Shown here: in pieces, positions 8,319 through 18,156 of the stretch | Layout of the letters: every line of letters begins with the position of its first letter | How positions within the stretch are numbered: position 1 is the stretch's first letter | DNA from: an uncultured virus (IMG/VR IMGVR_UViG_3300028833_000149) | Lineage: Duplodnaviria; Heunggongvirae; Uroviricota; Caudoviricetes | IMG/VR virus record: IMGVR_UViG_3300028833_000149 | Span: 1-64,000 of that record | Length of the DNA stretch: 64,000 nucleotides | Direction: 5' to 3' (one strand) | Program-made: the position numbers and the translations under genes | Notes under the pieces: model-generated | Told to the model about the DNA's origin: nothing | What the model saw: the letters and a program-made list of their open reading frames with translations, nothing else | The model's database searches: none

Positions 8319-10052
8319 ATGGCAAGACGACAAAAATTTGATGTTAAATTACCATCAACTCAAGCTTATATATACATAATGTTTGTTCCTAAATCTCAAA
8401 AAAAGAAATGTTATGTTGGACAATCTGCAGCTGCAAATTTTTCTCGTTTAAAAACTCACTTTGATAATACCTATAATAATAGAACAGAAGATAAATCGAC
8501 TGAATTGATTAGAGAATGACCATTAAAATATATAGATTTTTATTGTTATTTTGGAACTGAAAACGGATCTACTTATTTTGGTATTCCAAAAGAAGTTTTT
8601 ATTGAATTTTTTCATAAATTTCGTCCTGTTGGAGGACAAAGAATTTCTAATGATGATAAAGTTTCTGCAGAAATTAGAAAAACATCAAGTGGAATAACTA
8701 TAAATTTAGATTTTTTAGACGATGAAGAAGAAATATGAACTCCTTCTGTTGGTGATATTTTAAATGCGGCAGAAATTTTATGATCATGTAAAATGCAAAT
8801 GCTAGGTTATGAAATGTTAAATGCGGATATGGGTGGTCAACAAATAGTATGAGAATATCAAGATTTAAATGGAGATTGAATCCCAATTACAGCAAACAAA
8901 ACTACAATTAGCCAATTTACCAAAATTCTAATATCTTCATTTTTAGATAATAATACTAGAGCATTATTAAGTAGTTTGAAAAATAAAATCGATCCATTAA
9001 TAGAAGAAATGTTAAATGAAAATTTTGCCGATTTAATGTCATATAGTATTGTTCATACTTTAACTAATACTCAAAATTTAATGTCTAAAGACTCTACAGT
9101 TGATTTAAGAAAAACAATTATTAGAGTTATTACAGCAATTTTTAATGGAACAGCAAAACAATATAAAGTTTTTAATTCAGATTTATATAAAGCTTTTCCT
9201 AATTTTATAAGAAAATTAATTGACACGCTTACACCTGAAGAACGACAATTATTAGGAGATGTAGATATAGCAGAAAATGTAATAGTAGATAGTCCTATTA
9301 TAACAAATCTTGTTGATTCACTTGTACAAGATCTTGCCGGAAAACTTACAACAAGTCTTTTAAAATTAGATAAAAAATTATTTAAAAATAGTATAATAGA
9401 CTGAACTTTTTATGTAAAAAATAATATAATCTCAGTACGTGGAAAAAATGGATATAATGAAAAGAATGATATACAACAATCTTTTACTGCATCAGTAGAA
9501 CAAATGATTAATCCTAAATTTGGTTTTACAATAGAAAGTAATATTGGTTCTCTACTAAGAAGTGGTATTTCACATCCAGATTATATATTACCAGATGAAA
9601 TAAAATGAAATTGAACAGTAAATAGATTTAATAAAATTATTTCAAGAGTAAAAGATGAAACAAAAGGATTAGTTGCCATAAGTAATAATCCAAAACAAGC
9701 TTCTGAATTAGCATTGTTAGATGGAAATTATGCCTTATTGCCTAAAAAGACTGCAGAAGAAAGAGAAGATACATTAAGTGCAAGAGTTAGAAAAGAATAT
9801 ATGAATTACTTATCAGTAAATAATTTAATTATATCAAAATGACGAACTTTCTTTTCTAATTTATATAGTGCAGGTGATTCAAGATGGGAAGTAACGACCA
9901 TAGAAGAAGGAGATATCGCTTTTTTAAAGAATGATACTATAATAAAGCAAATAAGTGTAGATCCAGTTAAAATAGGATTCTTTATTGATGATAAAAGTAC
10001 TTTCTTTATATCAGGTTCTAATTCTTTAAAGAAAGCCTATGTTATTTTTTAA
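8319..10052 (+). CDS. 577-aa protein with N-terminal GIY-YIG nuclease-like domain (code 4)
   Basis: Open with 9 TGA=Trp; YIY..YVGQS..R..H and AEILW..GYEMLN motifs. Confidence 0.75.
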
Positions 10053-10128
10053 AATTTTTAACATATTATTGAAAAATTTTCTTGACTTTTTCTAAAAAAA
10101 ATATCATAATATTATTGGTATTAAGGAA

Positions 10129-10314
10129 GTGATAATATTGAAAGCAAAGAATTTAATTAAAATTTTAAATCGTGAAAAGAACGCTGAAATAACAATTTGC
10201 GGAAAACCAATAAGCGGCTTCAATATTACTTACTCTTGTGATTCAAATGGTGAATGGTATATTAATTTAGAGCCAAAGCAACCTGTTGAAGAACAAAAAA
10301 ATATTGAAAATTAA
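10129..10314 (+). CDS. Hypothetical protein
   Basis: ORF behind TTGACT-17-CATAAT. Confidence 0.55.
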   Translation: MIILKAKNLIKILNREKNAEITICGKPISGFNITYSCDSNGEWYINLEPKQPVEEQKNIEN

Positions 10315-10325
10315 TCAAAAACTTC

Positions 10326-10354
10326 TTGACAATACAGAAAAAATTTTATATAAT
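10326..10354 (+). promoter_or_regulatory. Consensus sigma70 promoter with ~200-nt leader
   Basis: TTGACA-17-TATAAT. Confidence 0.85.
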
Positions 10355-10552
10355 AATAATGTAAATAAGAAAGAAAAAATATTTTGACCTAGGCAAGTCA
10401 TTAAACTGCTAGATATTAGCATACTCACGAAGCCTCTGTTAATATTGGGAAAATGATAGTCGTTCCTTAAAGTATTATCAAGTGCGCACACGGACGGAAA
10501 ATATAGTGAAATTACTATATCAACCACAAAAAGAACAAAATTAAGAAAAAGG

Positions 10553-10843
10553 ATGTATTCACAAATGGAAGACGTAAAAAAATCAAACAAGGCAACTGAA
10601 ATTAAGTACACTGAAAATGAATTAGCTGCTATCGCAGTATTAGAAGCTAATGCTAACGGCATCGACAATGCTAAAACTTACTCTGAATTAGGTTTAACTT
10701 CTGCAGTTTTAACTTCATTAGTTAAGAAGGCTACTGATGAAAGACCAATGGCTGAAGGATTTACTAGAGCTAACGTTTGCAAGGTAGATGTTGAAAGAAC
10801 AATCACTGAAGTTAAGGGATTCAAAGGTTATTATATTGACTAA
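10553..10843 (+). CDS. Hypothetical protein, possibly DNA-binding (start may be 10565)
   Basis: Highly-expressed-type codon use; weak wHTH-like pattern. Confidence 0.7.
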   Translation: MYSQMEDVKKSNKATEIKYTENELAAIAVLEANANGIDNAKTYSELGLTSAVLTSLVKKATDERPMAEGFTRANVCKVDVERTITEVKGFKGYYID

Positions 10844-10966
10844 TTAGTTTTTGAAACTAATTATCCTGTTTATCAAATAGATTAGTAAGAGTTGACACTT
10901 TTTACAAGTCAACTCTTCATTACATCTATTAAATTCAATAAATTTTTAAGTTGCAAGGGAGAAAAG

Positions 10967-11413
10967 ATGGAAGAAGTAAAACAATCACTTGCTTTTAAAG
11001 ATTTCTTACATAAGTTAGAAAATAAATCATTAGAAGTAAAAGAAAAAACTAATGGTACAGCAACAATTCAACAGACAACACGTAATCAACTTCGTGAAGA
11101 AGGTGTTGCCGCATTACTAGAAGATTTAAGTGCTTTATATGGCGATGAATTCGATATCGTTGAGACAGCTGATGGAATTTGCTTTGTAGCGGAAAACGAA
11201 GAAAGTAATATCACAATCACGTGAGAACTTAAATCAACAATTAAATCTATTGATTACGACCCATTTTTAGAGGCCGATCGATATGACGAAATGCGTGCTG
11301 AAAAGACTGCGAAAAAAGAAGCCAGAGAAAAAGAAAAGGCTAATAAAGAAGAGCTTGTAAGAATTAAAAGAGCGCAAAAGTTGGCTGAAATTGAAGCTAA
11401 AAAGAATAGTTAA
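10967..11413 (+). CDS. Hypothetical protein with charged C-terminal helix (code 4)
   Basis: One TGA at 11222 read through to TAA 11411; terminator follows. Confidence 0.75.
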
Positions 11414-11418
11414 AAAAT

Positions 11419-11449
11419 ACCTACATATGATAAATATGTAGGTTTTTTA
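11419..11449 (+). terminator. Intrinsic terminator
   Basis: ACCTACATAT/ATATGTAGGT stem + T-run. Confidence 0.75.
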
Positions 11450-11675
11450 TTTTTGATTTTATTTACAAAAGTAAGGAATATAAAATGTTTTTTCTAATAA
11501 TGAAAGATAAAGTGATATTAATTTTTGAAAAGCATAGGAACATATACTATATTATTTATAGAAGAAAAGGAAATATAGGCACGCAACTCCACCATTTTAT
11601 TCGTATGTAGTTATTTTAGTTGGCTGCATAAGTCCTTTTCTTCTTTAATTTTAATAGTAGTTTTGGAGTGGTATA

Positions 11676-12374
11676 ATGGCTAAAAATAGCAGAACAGAAA
11701 CAAAATTCGATTTCAACAAAGAACAAAAAGAACTTTCACGACTTATTTTAGAAAGAAATGATGAAGGAAAAGTTATCTTTTGCGAAGGTAGAGCTGGAAC
11801 AGGAAAAAACTTTACTACAATATGAAGTTGTATAAAGAAGAAAGAAGATTTACAACATATCAATCTATATTATACTCGTGCTGTAGTTGGTGTAGATGAT
11901 GAAGAGTTAGGATTTTTACCAGGTGAAGTTGATGATAAATTCAGTCAATATATTTATCCATTACTAGATAATTTAGCCGCAATAGTAAGAATTTCTGATG
12001 GTGTCTATAATGTAAATAGTTTAAAATCTATGTGACAAGCGGCGCCAATTGCATTTTTAAGAGGACGAACTTTCGACCAATCAATGTTTATTATTGATGA
12101 ATGTCAGAATTTAAGTTATATGCAGATAAAAACAATTTTAACAAGAATTGGTAAATACGCTACTTTTATCTTACTTGGAGATCCAACTCAAATAGATAAT
12201 GTAAAACAACAAAAATTAAGAAAAACTCGTGGATACTGTGATTTTGAAATGGTAATGAATTTTCTTAATGAAAAAGGTGTTAATGTTGTTCATATGAAAG
12301 AAGTAAAAAGAAGTGGTATGGCTGGTCAATTAAATGATTGGTTTGAAGAATTAGAACAGCAACAAAAATCATAA
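11676..12374 (+). CDS. phoH: PhoH-like ATPase (code 4)
   Basis: GRAGTGK, LGFLPG, LRGRTF, IIDECQN, GDPTQID; 2 TGA. Confidence 0.92.
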
Positions 12375-12401
12375 AAAGAGAATAATTAGATAGTGCGATT
12401 T

Positions 12402-12430
12402 TTGATTATTTTATTTTTATTTTTTATACT
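12402..12430 (+). promoter_or_regulatory. Second-class promoter (TTGATT, T-rich spacer)
   Basis: TTGATT-17-TATACT, followed by aataatgggtaagaa as at 14162. Confidence 0.6.
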
Positions 12431-12463
12431 AATAATGGGTAAGAAAATAACGAGGTGGTTTAA

Positions 12464-13237
12464 ATGGCAAAACAACTAACCGAATGACTTGATGAATTTG
12501 TTAATAATGGAGCTAATCCTAATGATGTTCCTAATTGGCCTGAAGAAAAAGGCGGATCAACTCAATCTGATTGAGGACAAACAGATTCAACTAAACCAGA
12601 CTTTATAAAGAACAAGGAATTGGTAACAGATTTAATTAAATCAGATGCAGAAGGAAATGTGTATATAAATTCAGGATTTGTTAATCAATATACATTAGCT
12701 GCTGAATATGATCCTACTGTAACTTATTATGAAGCTTATATACCACTTGATCCTACAAAATTAACTGGTACTTGGGTTCCAGATGAAACTACTATACCAG
12801 TAGAATATGTAACAACCTTTACAGAAGGACAAGCCCTTATATATTCACGTAGTATATGGAAATTAGAATATATTGATAGTTTTAAACATCATGACAATTA
12901 TACGATTTTAATTACTACACACTATTATGAAGATGGACAAAAGAAAACTTCATGAATGCCAATGTATTGGGATAATTGGAATATTGATAATATAGCTTTT
13001 AATGCAGAATTGCCTGAAACTTATAATTTTATACAATCTTATTTTATTAAACGTTCTGATACTCCTTTAAGTGCAGAATTGCCAACATTAGCAGATGTAT
13101 TAGCATATGACCAATCTCATCCAAGTTATAGAGTTATTGAATTAACTGAACAAACATTTGTTCCTAACACTTATTATACATTACAAAATAATCCTACTTG
13201 GGTAAATGTTAAAGATTTAATAAACAATGGAAACTAG
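12464..13237 (+). CDS. Putative virion accessory/fibre-like protein (code 4), paralogue of 14233
   Basis: Joins track ORFs through 3 TGA; N-terminus WLDEFV..GA..NDV.NWPE; QSDWGQTDSTKPDFIKNK fibre-type motif. Confidence 0.75.
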
Positions 13238-13278
13238 AATTTATTTTCTAGTTTTTTTATTTATAAACTAAAATTTTC

Positions 13279-13307
13279 TTGACAAAAGCGGAAAAAATTT
13301 TTATAAT
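13279..13307 (+). promoter_or_regulatory. Consensus sigma70 promoter
   Basis: TTGACA-17-TATAAT. Confidence 0.85.
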
Positions 13308-13342
13308 ATAAATGTAAGATAAAAGAAAGGAAAGATATATAT

Positions 13343-13624
13343 ATGGAATTAAAAGACTTACTAAATTATGTAGAAGGATTAGGCTCTAATTTAACTAAGA
13401 TTGAAATCAAGGTTGCGGCACAAGATGGTTCATATTTCGTTGATGAAACAAAGGAAACATATGTTTACGAAGATGAGTCAGATGCTAATGATAAGGTAGA
13501 TGAAGTTCGCCAAAATCGTGGATTCAAAGGTGTAGATAAGAAAGATAAAGAAGCCAAGTGTAATAAAGATGGCGAAATGACTAAACCTGAAAGTCATACA
13601 GTAGTAGCAAAGCTATTACACTAA
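13343..13624 (+). CDS. Hypothetical protein
   Basis: AAGGAA RBS. Confidence 0.7.
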   Translation: MELKDLLNYVEGLGSNLTKIEIKVAAQDGSYFVDETKETYVYEDESDANDKVDEVRQNRGFKGVDKKDKEAKCNKDGEMTKPESHTVVAKLLH

Positions 13625-13644
13625 TTAATTGAGGTGGTGATGCT

Positions 13645-14004
13645 ATGGCATACGGTAGTTCTGGTATCTATTGTATCACAAATAGTTTAACAGGAAAAAA
13701 ATATATAGGACAGACAAATAATCTAGCAAAACGTAAAGTGCAACATTTATCCGCATTAAGAACTCATGTTCACGATAATCGTTTGATGCAAGCGGACTGA
13801 GATGCAGATGCGGAAGCAGAGAAACATTTTAAGTTCGAAATTATTGAAAAATGTCCACAAAGTAAAATGAATGAACGAGAAAATTATTGAATTCAAGAAT
13901 TACAAACTTGGGCACCTAATGGATATAATATAAATTGGAAACCTGTTAATCGTGAAAAAATAAAAGAAGCAAAAAAGAAAAAAGGTTATCATAAAACTCG
14001 TTAA
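13645..14004 (+). CDS. Free-standing GIY-YIG endonuclease, 119 aa (code 4; missing from ORF track)
   Basis: GIYCITN..TGKKYIGQT..R..QH, ERENYWI, GYN; 2 TGA. Confidence 0.9.
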
Positions 14005-14019
14005 TAATTAAAATTATAT

Positions 14020-14050
14020 GTAAGCGTGAATTTTCATCCGCTTACTTTTT
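14020..14050 (+). terminator. Terminator-like hairpin abutting tRNA(UCA)
   Basis: GTAAGCG/CGCTTAC stem + TTTTT. Confidence 0.65.
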
Positions 14051-14148
14051 AGGGGCTTAGTTTAATGGCAAAACACTGGTCTTCAAAACCAGCCGTCGGT
14101 GAAAAGTTGTAGTAGCCCATGCGGGTTCGAGTCCTGCAGCCCCTGCCA
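14051..14148 (+). tRNA. Opal-decoding tRNA(UCA), Trp-type body, 28-nt variable region
   Basis: AGGGGCT/AGCCCCT acceptor, G73, CCA, CTGGT-CTTCAAA-ACCAG, GCGGG-TTCGAGT-CCTGC. Confidence 0.9.
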
Positions 14149-14161
14149 TTGAGGTGTAAAT

Positions 14162-14190
14162 TTGATTTTATGTCTCTTTTTTTGTATAAT
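14162..14190 (+). promoter_or_regulatory. Second-class promoter (TTGATT)
   Basis: TTGATT-17-TATAAT followed by aatattgggtaagaa. Confidence 0.6.
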
Positions 14191-14232
14191 AATATTGGGT
14201 AAGAAGATTATCAAATTTAATGAGGTGACAAA

Positions 14233-14721
14233 ATGTCTAAGAAGTTTAATGATTGGCTTGATGAATTCGTTCAACAAGGTGCAGATGCTAATGATGTAAG
14301 TAATTGGCCTGAAAATTCAAGTTCTGGTGGAAGTATCGGTTTCAAAGAAGGTTCTAAAGTAATTGTTGATTTTAGTCAATATAATTATGTAGTTTCTCAT
14401 CATGGAGGAACTAATGTTACAGTAGTTTTTGAATTACATAATGTTAATGATGGTGGTATAGTCGAATACGATTCTATGATTACAGCAGCTATGGTAGTTG
14501 AAGCTAATGAGGCTGAAAATCAATTAGTCGCTTATTTTGTTGTAGATGGTGCATATTACCAAGTATTATCTAATTCAGTAGTTATCTATGAAGGAGATAC
14601 TAGTAACGTTTACAATACTAGCAATTTACAAGATTTACCAACTGTAGAATTTACAATGGCTTCTGACGCTGATGGCTTAGTAGCTGTAGCTGGAATTGAA
14701 GGCGTATCAGTAGAATATTAA
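14233..14721 (+). CDS. Putative virion accessory protein, paralogue of 12464
   Basis: Shared N-terminal ~28 aa, Gly/Ser linker, beta-rich C-terminus. Confidence 0.75.
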   Translation: MSKKFNDWLDEFVQQGADANDVSNWPENSSSGGSIGFKEGSKVIVDFSQYNYVVSHHGGTNVTVVFELHNVNDGGIVEYDSMITAAMVVEANEAENQLVAYFVVDGAYYQVLSNSVVIYEGDTSNVYNTSNLQDLPTVEFTMASDADGLVAVAGIEGVSVEY

Positions 14722-14722
14722 T

Positions 14723-15226
14723 ATGAAACAATATGACAACAAATTAGATATCACTAAGGCAGTTGTCAATTCAGAAGAAGTAATTATAAAATTAAAACAA
14801 AAATTTGGAACTCAAGGGGACATTGGTGCCCCTTGTTCTGGTTATTGGCTGCTTACTGATGGAACTCTTTTAAATTGCGGCGCTCACGGCGGTATTGACA
14901 ACTTTTTAATTAAAGAAGGCTATATCATTAATTTATCAGACCATTTTACTGTTTATGATGGTAGTCAATTTATGGACTATATAAATGCTGTTCGTATCCG
15001 CAATGAAGTTCCGCATTTACATTATCCAGCTTATTTAACATTACCAGAAAATAATCTTACTTCTCAACAGTGAATCAAAGTAAGACAATGACTAGAAATC
15101 ATTTTAACTAATTGTAAAACTTATCTTATTGTTGATTGTGATGGTTCTACAAAAAATTATCATAATTTTGAAGATGCTGACGCTATAGATGATATTAAAA
15201 TGTGATATCGAACTAAAAATTTATAG
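14723..15226 (+). CDS. Hypothetical protein (code 4)
   Basis: 3 TGA read through to TAG next to the RBS of the next gene. Confidence 0.7.
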
Positions 15227-15237
15227 GAGTTGATAAA

Positions 15238-15891
15238 ATGAAATATTATGTAAGAACAACAGGAGAAAGAGATTTAAGTGCCTATTCTTTTTTAGATTAT
15301 ACTCCACTTTATGATTATGAACATAAACCAGTTCCTTCTTTTGTTAAACAAATGAGAATTATCTCTGAAGATGATGCTTTATTTATGGAAGATGATATTG
15401 TTTTTTGTAAAGATTTTGAGAAAAAAGTTCAAGAAGCAATTAACAAATATCCAAACAAAATTATCAACTTCTTCTTTCAACCTCTTGCATATTTATTGCC
15501 TGGCGAAGTAGAAGGTAGACGTTTTCTTTATAATCAGTGTGTCTATTACCCAAAAGGAATTGCGGCAAAAATTGCTGATGAAATGCAAAAATTGATTGAT
15601 AATGGCATAAAATGGACTCAATATGACGAAATTCAAGCCGTAGCTATGAGTAATCTAGGTTTAAATTTTATCAATTATCGTCCTTGCTTAGTTCAACATA
15701 TTGGAGCAAAAAGTTTATTAGGAAATAAATGGATGGCAGATGCAAAAACTATTTATTTTATTGACGATATTGAAGGTATGGATTATGATAATTGTAAATT
15801 AATGATTGAATACGGTTATCAACAATATGATAAACTAGGATTAAAATATACTAGACCAAAAGTTATATATAAGAACAAAGAAGCCAAATAA
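15238..15891 (+). CDS. Glycosyltransferase-like protein (GT-A, GT25-like)
   Basis: LFMEDDI and PCLVQHIG motifs. Confidence 0.7.
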   Translation: MKYYVRTTGERDLSAYSFLDYTPLYDYEHKPVPSFVKQMRIISEDDALFMEDDIVFCKDFEKKVQEAINKYPNKIINFFFQPLAYLLPGEVEGRRFLYNQCVYYPKGIAAKIADEMQKLIDNGIKWTQYDEIQAVAMSNLGLNFINYRPCLVQHIGAKSLLGNKWMADAKTIYFIDDIEGMDYDNCKLMIEYGYQQYDKLGLKYTRPKVIYKNKEAK

Positions 15892-15929
15892 TTTGGCTTT
15901 ATTTTTTATTTGTTTATTTAAACTTAATA

Positions 15930-15958
15930 TTGACAAAACTGAAAAAATTGACTACAAT
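15930..15958 (+). promoter_or_regulatory. sigma70 promoter
   Basis: TTGACA-17-TACAAT. Confidence 0.8.
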
Positions 15959-15992
15959 ACTATTATAAAGGAAGTATAAGGAGTATTATAAA

Positions 15993-16589
15993 ATGATAAT
16001 TAAATGTTATAATGAAAAACATCCTTGACTATTATTCCTAGATATTGAGTTTGAACAATTAAAATTAGTGCAATTCTCAGGTGCATTATTTAAGTGAATT
16101 GATGAAGATACTTATCAGTTAGCGACAACAATAACTCAATATATTACTACATCAATTGGAACTTATTTTCAAGATTATACAAATATTTCTCAAGATTTTA
16201 TTGCAACTAATGGCATACCATTAGAAAGCTTAAAGGATTTAGTATTTGGTGAAGTTTTAAAAGATATAGATATGAATGATTTGATGATTATTAGTCATGG
16301 ACTTAAAAATGATAGATTAGTATTAAAAGAAAATGGAATAAACTTTAATTTTTTTACTACATCTGATAATAAAATCAAGCCTATTGATGGATATTGTACT
16401 TTCAATAATGCAAAAAGAATTCTCAATAGAGAAAAGAAATTAAAACTTGAAGACCTTGCGGAAGAAGCCGGCTATTATTTGAATTGCGCTCATAATGCAT
16501 ATAATGATATGTGGGCTACTATTTCTGTATTTACATTCTTAAAAAAATTAGATTATGAAAGGAAGATGTTGAAGAATGAAGGTAATTAA
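15993..16589 (+). CDS. DEDDh 3'-5' exonuclease (code 4)
   Basis: FLDIEF, SHG..ND, AHNAYND; 2 TGA near N-terminus. Confidence 0.8.
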
Positions 16590-17055
16590 TTTAAGTGATT
16601 TAAAAATTGAAAATTTAGAAGGAGAATGCATTAATCTTGTAATGAATATCGAGTATCCTAATCTTGATGAAGGTGTTATTGATATATATAAGAGTATTTA
16701 CAATGTATTACGTAGAAATTTTGAAGAGTATATAAACGAAGGTGTCTTTAATAAGCCAGTGTTGTTTCAAATTATTGTAAATAATTGCGGCGACAAACTT
16801 GATGAATATGATATAAAATCTGTTGTAGATATGATTTTAAGTTCATTTAATATGCTTCTTGTAGAAAAAGAAAGAAGAAAAAGAGATTACCGTTTTGGAT
16901 TAACATATATTCCTGATTTTAATAATATAAAAGATACACAACTTCATATTATGAAAATGATAAATTATAAAACTAAAGTTGATACTTTTAACTTAGTAAT
17001 TAAATTTGAAACAGAAGGAACAGAAAAAGTGTATTATTATAATTTGATTGATTAG
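16576..17055 (+). CDS. Hypothetical protein
   Basis: ORF in operon. Confidence 0.7.
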   Translation: MKVINLSDLKIENLEGECINLVMNIEYPNLDEGVIDIYKSIYNVLRRNFEEYINEGVFNKPVLFQIIVNNCGDKLDEYDIKSVVDMILSSFNMLLVEKERRKRDYRFGLTYIPDFNNIKDTQLHIMKMINYKTKVDTFNLVIKFETEGTEKVYYYNLID

Positions 17056-17066
17056 GCGGTGAAATA

Positions 17067-17555
17067 ATGGATAAAGCGCAAAGATTTATGCGACATCTTG
17101 ATATTTATACTGATGGTGCTTGTTCATCAAAGACTGAGATGGGTGGCTGAGCATTAGTTATTGTTGAGAACGATGAAGTTATCGGAACTAAAAGTGGTTA
17201 TGAGCCATATTCAACAAATAATAGAATGGAATTAAGTGCAATTTTAACCGCATTGAGAATTGCGAACGAAGTTGAATCATCAAGAGTTGAAATAACAATC
17301 ATAACTGATTCCGCTTACTGTTGTAATGCTTTCTTACAAAAATGGTATGTAAATTGGTTAAATAATGGTTGGAAAACTGCGGATAAAAAAGATGTTAAAA
17401 ATCAAGATTTATGGAGTGAAGCAATTGCATTATATATAAAAAATAGAGATATTCATAATATCACTTTTGAAAAAGTAAAAGGTCATAATGGACAAAAATA
17501 TAATGAAATGGTTGATAAACTTGCAGTAGAAAAAAGAAAAGAATTAGAGGTATAA
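17067..17555 (+). CDS. rnhA: Ribonuclease HI (code 4)
   Basis: IYTDGACS..GG(W=TGA)A, TNNRMEL, TDSAY, KNQDLW, KVKGH, NE.VD.LA. Confidence 0.93.
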
Positions 17556-17556
17556 A

Positions 17557-18156
17557 ATGAAGATATTAGTTTTAGTACCAAACAATATTACAAATTTAGA
17601 ATATTGTATGCAAATATGGGAAAAATTACGCCCAGAACTACAAGAAAAAAGTTTTTGTATTCCTATGTATATACAATATTTAGTTGAAACTGGTCAAGCA
17701 AAAGACCAAACTGAAGCATTCTTTTATGCTATGCGTTGTGCTGAAATGCTTTATAAAAACACAACTAAAGACGATATGATGATAATTTTTGGTAATATGA
17801 ATAAAAATTATAAATTTGATACTATATTCAATTTCCAAAATAACACTTATGATAAATATAAAGATTATTTTATTGAAGCATTAAATGAAGTTATCAAACC
17901 AGATGGTGATGATGATTCAGCTTATAAATTATTATCTCAATATACAACGAATTTACATGAGGCAAGTGAAAGTTCATTAGTATTAATGAATATTGACGCC
18001 GCTTGCGATTTCTTAAATTCATATACAAAGACAAATATAGATAAAACATTAAATGAATTAAGAACTAATTATTTAAATAAATTAGACGAAATTAATAAAG
18101 AAGGTAAAGCTACTATTGAAGCAAAGAAGGTAATAAATAATGGCAGACTTAACTAG
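17557..18156 (+). CDS. Hypothetical protein
   Basis: ORF in operon. Confidence 0.7.
   Translation: MKILVLVPNNITNLEYCMQIWEKLRPELQEKSFCIPMYIQYLVETGQAKDQTEAFFYAMRCAEMLYKNTTKDDMMIIFGNMNKNYKFDTIFNFQNNTYDKYKDYFIEALNEVIKPDGDDDSAYKLLSQYTTNLHEASESSLVLMNIDAACDFLNSYTKTNIDKTLNELRTNYLNKLDEINKEGKATIEAKKVINNGRLN

Noticed and set aside
14051..14148. tRNA-Sec (UCA anticodon, long variable region)
   Set aside because: 7-bp acceptor, 4-bp D stem and Trp-like sequence; TGAs align to Trp rather than Cys; no sel genes seen
14149..14232. Theta (HDV-like) ribozyme after the suppressor tRNA
   Set aside because: Downstream sequence is T-rich promoter DNA with no nested pseudoknot
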